Shown: piece after piece, positions 1 through 11,002 of the stretch
Position numbering within the stretch: the stretch's first letter is position 1
Layout of the letters: every line of letters starts with the position of its first letter
Assembly: GCF_004010195.1 (NCBI RefSeq)
Contig: NC_057720.1
Coordinates: 285,691-320,532, forward strand
DNA length: 34,842 bases
From: Chiloscyllium plagiosum
Taxonomy: Eukaryota
Reading direction: 5' to 3'
Made by a program: the position numbers and the translations under genes
Notes under the pieces: generated by a model
What the model was told of the DNA's origin: nothing
Seen by the model: the letters and a program-made list of their open reading frames with translations, nothing else
Databases searched by the model: none

Positions 1-4
1 TAAT

Positions 5-78
5 CCTCACCACCCCTCCACCCTCACCTTCACTGTCCCCTCGACCCTCACCACCCCTCCACCCTCACGTTCGCTGTG
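5..78. repeat. C-rich tandem repeat, about 41-nt period, about 2 copies
   Basis: cctcaccacccctccaccctcac occurs at 5 and 46. Confidence 0.7.
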
Positions 79-649
79 TCAGGAAATGTCTCCCTCCCAC
101 CATCCACCATGTACCCCCTCCATCCCCAGTTCTGAACGACACACCCACCAGATCCACGTCCCCAGATCATGATCGCACCCTGATCCTCCAAACCCCTCCC
201 ACTCCCTCCCTTCCCTTGACCCTGTCCAGCTCCCCACCCTGATCCATTCTCCTGGCTTAAATCTGATTGGTGATAAACAATGTGGAAACGTTATAATTTG
301 AGGGGGGAAGGGGCGCTTAAGAGTGGGGGGGCAGGGAGGGGGAGGTGCCTGTGTTTCCTCCGCTCCATGTCCCCCTCCCCCACACCGTCTCCATCTCTCG
401 GGAAATCTCATGGTCACTTTCCCCACAGCCAATGGGCAACAGATGCATGGCCCCTCTGTTTACAGGCTGGTCAACAGGTAGCAGGCCATTGGGAGGGACA
501 GTGGGGTCAGGGGTCAGGGATGGTGGAAGGAAGGTGTTCAGTTCTTGGTGTGGTGACCAAAGTTCTCCAGATGATCTGGAGGTTGAAGTTAAATTGTTTG
601 AGGAAAAAAGGTGTATTTTGGAATGTAATTCATTACTTTTAAAATAATT

Positions 650-1035
650 AAAGGTGTTTAGAATAATTAAAAGGAGTTGATTGGGCTGACAGAGTGAATC
701 TGATTCCCCTGTGGACGGGCAAAACCTTCCAATCAGAGCCTGGCCATTCAGGAGTGAGGTACAGGAAATACCTCCCCTTCACGAGGGGGGGAGGATGGGA
801 AGGAGTTCTGGAACATTCTCTCAAAACAACTTATGACGTTGGAAGGTGGGATCAATGAGACGTTTTAAAAGAGATTAAACATTTTTTTCTGGGATGTTGA
901 GGGATTTGTGGAAAGTTGGGTAAGTGAAGCTCATATCTACATCTGGCCTGGTCGATCCCAAAGACAATAAGGCTCTTTCCTCATCTATAAATTATAGAGC
1001 TGGTGTAATGGGCTGAATGGCCACCTTTAATCTCT
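650..1035 (+). mobile_element. Degenerate CR1-type LINE 3' end
   Basis: Contains ggccattcaggagtgaggt...ggaaatac and ends in aatgggctgaatggcc, like the other CR1 tails in the window. Confidence 0.55.
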
Positions 1036-1092
1036 ATGAATTGCAAAATGACCTTAAGTAACAAGTCAAGAAGTCTCACCATCACCTTGTCA

Positions 1093-1335
<243 letters not shown>

Positions 1336-1539
1336 TTAACCAGGAAGGGAGGGGTTCAGTCGATCCTGAAGGTGTCAGCGTCAGGTTTACAAACAGACAG
1401 TTTGAGATTGAGGCAGACTACATAATTGGATCAGCAGCATTTATCTATCGGGACACCAACTCTGTGCCACATTGCTGTTTGGCCAATCAGCCTGGTATCA
1501 GTGACAGGGAGTCACTGCAGCAAAATACTTTTCTGAAAT

Positions 1540-1690
1540 AAAAACTGAAAACATTAGAAATACCCACAGGTCTGGTAGCAATGTCATCATGTCCTGTTGA
1601 ATATTTGCACTTTAAAATGTTGTTATCTCTGATTCTGGCTCTGCAGATTCTATCAGACTTGCTGAGTATCTGCAACATTTTCTGTTGTTA
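1540..1690. mobile_element. Old palindromic (inverted-repeat) element, probably Penelope-derived
   Basis: 1540-1583 (aaaactgaaaacattagaaatacccacaggtctggtagc) is an imperfect reverse complement of 1645-1690; arms resemble those at 22443-22595. Confidence 0.55.
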
Positions 1691-1739
1691 TGAACCCTAC
1701 CGCATGACCACAGACACGAGTGACCATCCATTTGGAAAG

Positions 1740-1935
1740 GCTGATGTTAATTAGGGAGAGACTTAGATATTGTTAAGATCAATTAGAATAATGTCACTGA
1801 AGGAAAAGTGAATATTGATCACTGTGCTGCAGCAGATGTTGGATATCTGGCCTGTCAGATGGTATTTGACATCATGTCAGAACAAGAGACTTATTTAAAT
1901 ATAAAACGCTCATTGTGTAAAGGAAATAATGGTGG
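1740..1935 (+). mobile_element. Degenerate CR1 reverse transcriptase fragment
   Basis: gatgttggatatctggcctgtcagatggtatttgac resembles a decayed VDVxYLDFxKAFDK motif. Confidence 0.55.
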
Positions 1936-3302
1936 TTATTTTACTTGTGGCCAGGGTCATCCCAACGCCTAGTAAAAATGCTGGGGTGAACCCATTCTGC
2001 TGGGCTTCCCTGTAGCTGTTTGATGTGAGCAGAATGTTAGTGGCTTTAGGTGAGACCTCCTCCACTCCCTGGGGAAATGCTCCACCTCTAAGCAAATGGC
2101 CAGCAGCGCCCCTAGGAGCACAGGTCAATGTTGGTACTGCAGCCAGTGATTGACAGGTTATCTCTGACTTTGTACTGGAAAGTGAGGTGTATTGCTAAGC
2201 CCAGTCTGACAGGCATCAACCAGGATGCCATGGGGGTGAGAATCCAAGGTATAGACAGTTCAAAGGGAGGGGAACAGCATGGGGTGGGGGATATAGTGTT
2301 GGGAAATATCATTGCAGTGTCACTGAGGGGCTGAATAGACTCACAAAGGAGGTCTATCCCTATCTGGTCACAGTCAACATGAAAAGTAAAAACTGTTGGA
2401 GTTACACTTGAAGCCAGCCTCTGTCCTTTGCAGGAAAGGTTACAGCTGGTGGTGTGAGGGTAGGGTTAGTGGTAGTTAAGAGGGCATTGCTTATTAATAG
2501 GGTTATTAATTGACCAATAAAAAGTCTCAACTGGCCAAGAGGTGGAAGGAGGCCCAATGTCTCCTCCTCCTCCTCCTGAATGAAATATTGTGTTAGTCAC
2601 TTGGGGAGATGAAAAGATCAAGGTCCATGGCACTATGACCAATTAGCTCCCTCTGGTTACCTGCCAACCTGCTCCTCAGGAAGATGCATTCGGTAAGAAA
2701 TCGCCCTGGTGGAGGGTCTGATCCAGGATGTGATTAGTGACAGGAAGCACAGGGAGTGGTGGAAGATGTTCCGAGACCCAGAGGGTACAGCCACACAGAG
2801 TGTGAGAGACAGTAACATATAACGTCCACAGTGTAGAGACTGTGTTTTTTTTTAGAAACTGTGGACTACCATATAAAGAATAGTTTTACAAAGCAGGGAT
2901 TTACCAGGATGGCTGCATAATTTCATAGTAGGAACCTTCATATTTATTGGGAAATCTTTTCTTTGTGGCTGTGTATTCCTGCAATGTGCGGATTATCAGG
3001 ATGCAAGGAGTTGTCTACAAGTCAAGCTGATTGGTTCTCAGGTAACCGAGTAGGTTGGAAGTAGAAACAAGTTACAGAGACAGTGGGACTGAGAAAAAGA
3101 AAAAGACACTGAAGGGTATGCTGTGGTTCTCCCCAGCAGAAGCTGCCTGTTCTCTGCAGTAAAAAAAGCTTGAAGAGAATCAGCTACTTCTCCTGCAGCA
3201 GTTGCTGAGGGCTGATAAATCAGAGACATTTTCCAAGTGAATCAGTTGCTCTCCACTTCTTACAAAAAAGTGGAAGCTTCCAGAGAAAGACATCTGGCCA
3301 CA

Positions 3303-3560
3303 CAGAGGCTTAGTGGTTAGCCCCACAGCGGCAGGAACCCAAGTTCGATTTCAGACTCGGGTGACTGTCTCTGTGGAGTTTGTACATTCTCCCTCTGTCT
3401 GCATGGGTTTTCTCCACATGCTTTAGTTTCCACTCACAGTCCAAAGATGTGCAGATTAGGAGCATAGGCCATCGTAACTAGGGGGGGTCGTGGGGATATG
3501 GTAGGGGGCTAGGTCTGAGTGTGAAGCTCTTCGGAGTGTTGGTTCAGACTTGATGGACAT
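3303..3560 (+). mobile_element. HE1 / V-SINE (tRNA-derived SINE)
   Basis: tRNA-like A/B boxes (tagtggttag; gttcgatt) and V-domain tgtggagtttgtacattctccc...cagtccaaagatgtgc. Confidence 0.85.
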
Positions 3561-4214
3561 TGGCCTGGCTAACCAAAGAACGATTATCTCAACATCGAAA
3601 CTGGGAAGCAGATATTTAATTGACTAATTGTCTAATTACTTATAATAAATAATTCTTGTTCATTTCAGAAAGGAGCCTTGCTTTCTATTGACATTGGTCT
3701 AAAAGTCAGGGAAATGTAGGAACTTGTGTCATTTTAAAAATGTTAACATTTGGTTGGAGTTGAGGAAGAGGGCCCTGGCCATGTGGGCTGTGACAGCAGG
3801 TCACATGGTGGGTTTGAGGCCAGTGTGACTGATGGAGTGGAACGGGCAGAAACATTGCCAGCTGCTACCCCAGTTTGGCAGAGATGGAGGAGTTTGAGAT
3901 GAAACACTTCAGGATGATTAATATTCAATCACAAGGATGTGTCATTTGTCACTTTTTAAAATATTGTTGAGCAGTAGCGTTCCAAATGTTCAAATCTGTG
4001 AATCCTAAAAGGTGGCAGATCAAATCTATTAACTAGCCCTCAGCTGAAGCCTCACAGCAGTGCTCTCCCTGAATGGTGTGAAGGCCTGAGGAAGGTCTAC
4101 GGTACATTTTTCAGGCTGTTATGAGGGATGAGGGAGTTCAATTCTGAGACGTAGGAAACTTCAAACCCTTCCCCTCACAACAAGCAAGAGTTCACAGGTG
4201 ACTTAGAGGTTTAG

Positions 4215-5385
4215 AGTATTTCCTGGATCAGAAATTGGCGAGTTGAAAGAAGACAGAGGGTGGTGGTTGATGGGAAATGTGCATCCTAGGGCTCAGTTAC
4301 CAGTAGTGTGCCACAAGCATCTGTTTTGTGGTCACTGCTGATTGTCATTTTTATAAATGATCTGGAGGAGGGTGTAGAAGGATGGGTTAGTAAATTTGCA
4401 GATGACACTAAGGTAGGCAGAGTTGTGGATAGTGCCAAAGGATGTTGTGGGTTACAGAGGGACATAGATAAGATGCAGAGCCGGGCTGAGAAGTGGCAAA
4501 TGGAGTTTAATGCAGAAAAGTGTGAGGTAGTTCACTTCAGGAGAAGTAATAGGAATGCAGAGTATGGGGCTAATAGTAAAAGTCTTGGCCGTGTAGATGA
4601 ACAGAGAGATCTCAGTGTCCAGGTACATAAATCCCTGAAAGTTTCCACCCAGGTTGATGGGGTTATTAAGAAGGCATACGGTATGTTGGTGTTTATTGGT
4701 AGAGGGATTGAGTTTTGGTGCCACAAGGTCATGCTTCAGCTGTACAAGACACTGGTAAGGCCGCACCTGGAGTATTGCGTGCAGTTCTGGTCACCACATT
4801 ATAGGAAGGATGTGGAAGCTTTGGAAAGGGTTCAGAGGAGATTTACTAGGAATGTTACCTGGTATGGAGGGAAGGTCTGACGAGGAAAGGAAGAGGGACT
4901 TGAGGCTATTTTTGTTGCAGAAAAGGTTGAGAGGTGACTTAATCGAGATGTATAAAATAATCAGAGGGTTAGATAGTGTGAAAGTGAGGACTGCAGATGC
5001 TGGAGATTCGAGTTGATTGCTGGAAAAGCACAGCAGGTCAGGCAGCATCCGAGGAGCATGAAAATCAACGTTTAGGGTGGACAGTGACAGTCTTTTTGCT
5101 TGGATGGTGAAAGCTAACATGAGGAGATAGAGCTTTAAATTGAGGGGTGATAGATTTAGGACAGATGTCAGAGGTGTTTTCTTTTTAACTCAGAGTAATA
5201 GGGGCGTGGGACACACTGCCTGCAACAGGAGTAGACTCACTGATGTTAAGGGCATTTAAATGGCCATTGGATAGACATGTGGATGAGAATGGAATAGTGT
5301 CGGTTAGATGGGCATCAGATTAATTTCAAGGTCAGTGCAACATCGAAGGTTGAAGGGCCTGTGCTGCGCTGTAACGTCTATGTAA
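4215..5385 (+). mobile_element. CR1 LINE, 5'-truncated (RT C-terminus plus 3' UTR), with a nested insertion at 4981-5072
   Basis: ORF 4308..4880 has VPQASVL, KFADDTK and LVRPHLEYCVQFWSP; frameshift downstream; typical tail gaagggcctgtgctgcgctgt. Confidence 0.92.
4981..5072 (-). mobile_element. One-armed copy of the Penelope-like palindromic element, inserted in CR1
   Basis: Closely matches the reverse complement of 22537-22633; flanked by imperfect duplication tagtgtg/tagggtg. Confidence 0.8.
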
Positions 5386-5939
5386 AATGAGGGGTTTTGA
5401 TCAAGAAACAAAAGTCAATTAGCAGAGGTCATAGTGTCAAAACTATTGACAAATGATGGATGGGAGACAAAGATGCCTTTGCATGTGGAGAGCTTTTGAC
5501 CTGGAAAGCTTAACCCGGGAAGGTTATAGGACCTCATTCTAATGATAATTTTTAGTGGGGTTTGTACAGGGCCTGGACAAGACACAAGAATGTGGGAATA
5601 ATCCTGACTATTCTGTCAAAGAGAGCTGACAGGCTGAAGGATCTCCAGCACAGAATGATTCCTGACAGACATTGATGAAGTACACAGCAGCATCAGGGAA
5701 CTTGCAGTCTGTGTATGAATATCAGCAAGTGTGAGGTGGTGCACATTCGTAGGAAGATCAGGGTCATTAACTCATTGGGAAAGAGTAGGATTGCTGAGGT
5801 CCACTCTGAAACCACATTAGTGAGTTTCTGATGAACAGAGTTAGCTGGGAACCAGACATTAACGAAGATCTTGACCAGGCAATGGTGGGTAAATTACGAA
5901 CTTGATTAGGTGTAAGATGAACTATTTTAGTAAGAAGAA

Positions 5940-6500
5940 CATGGAAGTAATTCACAGTTTGGAAAGTAAGATTGCAAATGAGCTGAAGGTGTTGAAGTCT
6001 CTGGATGATGGTGAGTAGCTGTGCAGACAAATAAGATCATTAAACATACCAGAGTGAACAGCTGGCATGCATTTTTGGAGGATCAGAATTTTAATGAACC
6101 TGCATCGAACTTGTGCTGAGTTATGCACTCCAGATTCAAGAAAAGAATGTTAATGCAGAAGGGAAGGTGCAAGACTGATTGAGAAAAGCAAAGAGAGGAG
6201 TGATGGGATAGCTGACTCGTTCACTACAAAATGCGAGGGTTGACCTGAAGGAGAGTTTTGCGATGACAAAGAGCATGGATTCCACTTGCAGAAAGGAAGG
6301 TAGGGAGTGATGAGAATGTGGAACTCACTCGCACTGGGATGGTTCGAGGTGAACAGCATTGATAATATGAAGAGGAAGCTGGGTAAATACACAAGGTTCA
6401 AAGGATGTGGTATTAGGGTGAAGGCAGCTGAGAGGCTCCATGTAGAGCAGAGACCCCAGAACAGGGCGGCTGCAGCAAAGGGCTATAATTGTATGTAACT
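5940..6500 (+). mobile_element. Old CR1-type LINE 3' portion
   Basis: Decayed motifs gagaatgtggaactcact and aagaggaagctgggtaaatacac. Confidence 0.55.
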
Positions 6501-6542
6501 ACAGGCTGATCTTTCAGCCCTGTGAAGATGGACAACACTTAC

Positions 6543-6650
6543 AGGAGCTCCCTTCTCTCCAGCAGGACCAAGGCCCCCTTGAGGACCAGGACGGCCAGGA
6601 AGACCAATCGGTCCAGCAGATCCAGCAGCTCCTCGCTCGCCAGGAGATCC
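6543..6650 (-). CDS. col11a1: Collagen XI-like exon 10, 108 nt: [36 protein letters not shown]
   Basis: Splice sites ttttcag/gtaagt; 12 triplets. Confidence 0.96.
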
Positions 6651-7096
6651 CTGAAAACAATCATCCAGTCAGTTTCTCAATGATAATAACCACATGTACA
6701 CTGAACATCATTCAAGAGTTACTCAGGAATCCAACTCCAAACACAGCCTTACAACCAATCACATTGCAACCCAATCCCAATACAACAACTCATTTCAAAA
6801 CAGCCCTCCTATTCCCAACACCTCCACAAACCTCAAACTGCCCCTCCAACTCCAATCTCAGCTCCACAAAGACCAACCTCCCCCATACCCTCACCCTAAT
6901 GTCCCTAACCCAGTGAACCCCAATCCAACTCACACCACCTCAGTGGAATCTGTAACGTGCTGCCCCAGAAATGATATAGATTCTGGGGTGTTTTCTGAGG
7001 TTTTCAAATTGATAAAAAGGATTGAGAGATTTTGAACAAAGCTGGGGAAACAGTGTTGAGGTACAGATCAGCTATAATCTGAGGGAATGGCAGGAC

Positions 7097-7161
7097 ATTA
7101 GATTTGATTAGATTAGATTAGATTAGATTAGATTAGATTAGATTACTTACAGTGTGGAAAC
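7097..7161 (-). repeat. (TTAGA)n microsatellite, the reverse 3' tail of an HE1 SINE or partner LINE
   Basis: Minus strand reads gtttccacactgtaagtaatctaatctaa...; the same (ATCTA) tail ends the SINE near 23700. Confidence 0.75.
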
Positions 7162-7532
7162 CTGCTGAAGGGATGTAATAGACTTTCTCTGTTTCAAATT
7201 TGCTTCATTCCTCAACTGTCTGCTTTAAGGCTGTGATTTACACAGTTAATGAGAGCAGGAAAGAAAGAACATTCCACAGTATTCTGCATCTCCCCTTGTA
7301 CAGGCAAACTGAAAGAACGTTTCACCTCAGTCCAACAGGGAATAGAATGGAGATTGGGAGGTCAGGATATTAATAATAATGCTACTTCAAACTGAGAAAG
7401 ATTGTCCTCACTCTCTGACAGACTGTCGTTAACAAAATCTGCTCAGCTCAGACATTTGGCCTGTTGAACAGGCCAAAAGTATCAAAGAACTCAAATAACT
7501 CCATCAGAGAAAAAGTAACTGCATTTAATTGC

Positions 7533-7626
7533 AGGGCAGCAACAGCATGGGGTTAGATACAGAGTAAAGCTCCTCCTACACTGTTCCCCCAGCAAACACT
7601 CCCAGGATAGGGATAGCATGGGGTTT
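7533..7626 (+). repeat. About 1.2 units of a ~74-nt dispersed satellite-like repeat
   Basis: agcatggggtt is repeated at both ends of ttagatacagagtaaagctcctcctacactgt...aaacactcccagga. Confidence 0.5.
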
Positions 7627-7627
7627 T

Positions 7628-7765
7628 ATTTGTGGGATCTTGCTGTGCTAGATTAGGGACTATATTTTCTTCATTGTAACAGTGTCTAGACTTTCAGATG
7701 AATTTCCTTGTGTTTCATGTTTTGGGATGGGGGTCCTGTTGAGAAGGCATTTGAGGAATATAGAC
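7628..7765 (+). mobile_element. Deu-domain SINE (SacSINE1/AmnSINE-like) 3' part
   Basis: tttgtgggatcttgctgtgc...taacagtgtctagacttt resembles the recalled Deu-SINE tail. Confidence 0.6.
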
Positions 7766-8282
7766 CTTTTCCAGAATACAATTCTCTGGATGTGGTTGTG
7801 AATGAGTCAGAGCATGGCTAATGGATTTTTAAAAACACATCAGTATTCTCTTGTGATAGATTATTGATTTTTCAGCATTTTATAATGGTACATTCACCTT
7901 CTGAAGTATTTGAAGTATATTTGATCTGTTAACAGTTAAACTCCACTTTCATTGAAACTGCTTTGAAATTGCTGTCTTTTGTAATAAGTATTTAAATGTT
8001 ATGCAAACATATGCAAATCCACAGGGAATATTTGCTTCTGATATGCACTTTTGGAATGAAAGTATTTGTCTTCAAGGGGAGTTTTTTTCTACTTAATCTT
8101 TTCATGATTCTGAAGGTCAAGGAATGTAAATTCTCTAGTTTATGCACTGCTTGGATATGCTGAATACGTTTAGATATTCAGGAAAGAACAACCAATTTGC
8201 ATTTCTGAGATATTTTCATTGTTACCGGCAGCTCTTTACATGCTGCTGATAGAGCCCTTCAAAATCCAGCAAAGGAAACAAA

Positions 8283-8425
8283 AACCTACATTTCCATAGT
8301 GCCTTTAGCAACCTCTGGATTTTCCAATGCTTTTACAGACAATCAAATTCTTCTGAAGCATACACATTGATGTAGTGAGGAACAATAGCCACCAAATGGA
8401 GCATAGTATGAGGCGTCAAGCAAGG
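8283..8425 (-). mobile_element. Deu-domain SINE 3' part, reverse orientation
   Basis: catttccatagtgccttt...caatgcttttacagacaatcaaattcttctgaag resembles the reverse of that tail. Confidence 0.55.
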
Positions 8426-8649
8426 GTATCGTGAAGGGCCAGAAACCCCCTCAGGAAGGCTGTACGGCAACTTCTGATATTGTTCCCCTATGCAGCGAAG
8501 ATGGAGATAGCAGTCCCCACCCAGTGAATGCTGTCACACACGCCTGGCTACGTGACTCCCAGATCACTGAAGAGAACCAGCAGGATACAGAGAAAATTGC
8601 AAGTTGGACCCTGGGGAATCTGTACCCCTTCATATAGGGCAGGTTGGTG

Positions 8650-9002
8650 TGGTGCTGATCTCACGCGATCAGTAATCCACTAACATAGGCTAATGTTCCG
8701 GGCACATGGGTTCACATCTCACCAGGGTAAATAGTGACGTTGAGTACAAAAATCTGAAATAAAATACTTGCCTATTGACGATGATGGAACACAGTTGGGA
8801 GTCAGACTCACTAATGTCGCTTAGGGAAAGAAACTGCCAACCTTCCCTGGTCTGACCTACACAAGGCTCCACACCCACAGCAATGTGGTTGACACTTAAC
8901 TGCCCTCTGAAATGGCCACTCAGCTCAAGGGCAATTAGGAATGGACAGCAAACGCTGACCTTCCACTCAACATCCACATCCTGAGAATGATTTAAATAAA
9001 AT
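8650..9002 (+). mobile_element. tRNA-derived SINE with LINE-shared tail
   Basis: Core cactaatgtcgcttagggaaagaaactgcc...cccacagcaatgtggttgac...caagggcaattaggaatgg; related copies near 14630 (-) and 19930 (+). Confidence 0.75.
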
Positions 9003-9354
9003 CCCAAGCCCATTTTCATGAATTTGTTCAACATTCACCATAGCTGTATGTTCAATCAAAGTCTCTCAATCTCAGTTTGAAAAGCTCCCATTGGCCTCTG
9101 GCTCCCACAGGTCTCTGTGTCATTGAGTCCTGGATCATCACAGCTCCCTGAGGGAACCATGTCCCTGACATCAACACCCCACAGCACCTTTAATGCTGAT
9201 GTAAACATGACCTTGTGTGGCTGATTTTACTAACGTGTTTTAGTTCATCAAGATGTTAATCGTCTCCTCACTGACACTGTGTGAGAACCACACTGTACAC
9301 CAATTCCCAGAGCCCTCCTATAAAATCCCAATTCCAATCGGGGGAAACACTCAC

Positions 9355-9408
9355 AACGGGGCCGGTCGGACCAATTGGACCCTCGCCTCCTTTCAATCCA
9401 CCCGGTCC
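9355..9408 (-). CDS. col11a1: Collagen XI-like exon 9, 54 nt: GPGGLKGGEGPIGPTGPV
   Basis: Splice sites cctgcag/gtgagt; visible inside ORF 9268..9453. Confidence 0.95.
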
Positions 9409-9461
9409 CTGCAGGTCAAAAAAAAAACAACAGAACGTTACTTTAGATTTCATCTGAAAAC

Positions 9462-9555
9462 AGAGAGAGAGATAGAGTGAGAGAGAGCGAGAGAGAGAGC
9501 GAGAGAGAGAGACAGAGAGAGAGACAGAGAGAGAGAGACAGAGAGAGAGAGAGAC

Positions 9556-9618
<63 letters not shown>

Positions 9619-9626
9619 CAGAGAGA
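9462..9626. repeat. (GA)n / (GACAGA)n microsatellite
   Basis: Directly visible; about 165 nt. Confidence 0.97.
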
Positions 9627-9712
9627 TATCCGAGATCAGAACATCATTTTATCCAGTAATCGCAAGAAATGTTTATACTCTTTCCATCATATCCTCCTGT
9701 TTAAAACTTTAA

Positions 9713-10125
9713 CACCATAAAGTATCGGAGCAGAAATTGACCATTCAGCCCACAGGCCTAGAGCTGTACAGCAAAGAAACAGACCCTGCCATCCAACTCG
9801 TCCATGCCGACCAGATATCCTGAACTAATCTAGTCCCACCTGCCAGCACCTGGCCCCCTATCCCTCCAAACCCTTCCTATTCATATATCCATCCAGATGC
9901 CTTTTAAATGTTGTAATTGTACCAGCATCTGCCACTTCCTCTGGCAGCTCATTCCATACAAGTACCACTCTCTGTCTGCTCCACTGTCCAATGAGATCAT
10001 GACTGGACAGATCAGATCATTCTCAACTCCCCCTTCCTTTTCCCCATAAAGCCTTGATTCTCTTCCTGATTAAATATCTGTCTCTCTCAGCCTTGACAAT
10101 GACACCACCTCACCAGCCCTCTGTC
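9713..10125 (-). mobile_element. Two CR1 3' ends, one (about 9758-9975) nested in the other
   Basis: ggagcagaaattgaccattcagcccac is interrupted by gagctgtacagc...ctagtcccacctgccagcac and resumes at tctgctccactgtccaatgagatcatg. Confidence 0.7.
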
Positions 10126-10471
10126 CAGAACTCTTCAGTATATTCCTTTTAATTTCATAAACTCTTTAACTCTCTGCTCCTGTTCATCCTTTCGGATTGT
10201 GCCCTTTATTTAATCTTGTTTATCTCCACTCTTGCCTCCAAATCCAGTCGCTTTAGATGTCTCTCAACAGGAAACTGTACCTGCTACACGCTCATCGTTC
10301 CTGCAGCATCTTCACGTTTCTCACTGTTCCTCTCATTATCTCTGTGCTGGAGTTTGTCATGTGTACATTGATATCATAATTAGCATTGGGTCCTGAAGCA
10401 CAGGAGCACAAGGTGGCCATTCAGCCCATTGAGGCTGCTGTACCAGTTATAAACCAGACTGTTGACTTTAC

Positions 10472-10561
10472 CATTGCTCCAGCCAGGCCTCTCTCTCCAG
10501 GGAACCCACGAAGACCTGGAGGACCATCTTTTCCAGCAACACCCGTAGGCCCTGGGTCACC
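10472..10561 (-). CDS. col11a1: Collagen XI-like exon 8, 90 nt: [30 protein letters not shown]
   Basis: Splice sites attacag/gtaaag; the 90-nt exon size is characteristic of this position in COL11A1/COL5A1; contains GFPGER. Confidence 0.96.
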
Positions 10562-10739
10562 CTGTAATGGAAACAGGAAACAATATTAAAGCAACAGATT
10601 TTAAAATATGTCAGCTTATAATGCTAGAGATCTGAGGCAAAGATACAGCATTTGGAGACAGAATTTAATGTAAGCTAGTTAGAATATGGTCACCTCCTCA
10701 CTCTATTACTCCAATATTCTTCAGCTCAGCTTCATCCCC

Positions 10740-10965
10740 GACACCCCTCCCAATCCTATAACCCCCTCCATCCCCTACACCCCCTCCCTATTTCTNNNNN
10801 NNNNNNNNNNNNTCCCTATCTCCGTAACCTCCCCCAACACCTACACACCCTCCCTATCTCTGTAACCCCCTCCAGCACCTACATCCCCTCCCTATCTCTG
10901 TAACCTCCTCCAGCCCCTACACCCCCTCCCCTGTCTGTAACCTCTTCCAGCCCCTTCATCCCTCT
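10740..10965. repeat. About 38-nt minisatellite (ccctccctatctctgtaacctcctccagcccctacacc), spanning a 17-N gap
   Basis: About 5 visible copies. Confidence 0.9.
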
Positions 10966-11002
10966 GGAGTTAATTTATTAATCATTAAATATCTTTATTC
11001 AG

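Noticed and set aside
79..647. Overlapping 100-120 aa ORFs at the window start
   Set aside because: G/C-run low-complexity intronic sequence with no recognisable domain or Gly-X-Y pattern.
3040..3290. Possible LTR-like fragment
   Set aside because: No termini, TSD or second copy is visible, so it cannot be supported without a database search.
4308..4880. 190-aa reverse transcriptase ORF as a functional RT, retron or domesticated gene
   Set aside because: It is a 5'-truncated, frameshifted CR1 ORF2 fragment with many similar decayed copies in the window.
6680..7035. Pro/Asn/Thr-rich ORFs and telomere-like ccctaa words
   Set aside because: Low-complexity C/A-rich sequence with isolated hexamers; no tandem TTAGGG array and no coding support.
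9477..9659. ER/RE-rich ORF
   Set aside because: Translation of a GA microsatellite.
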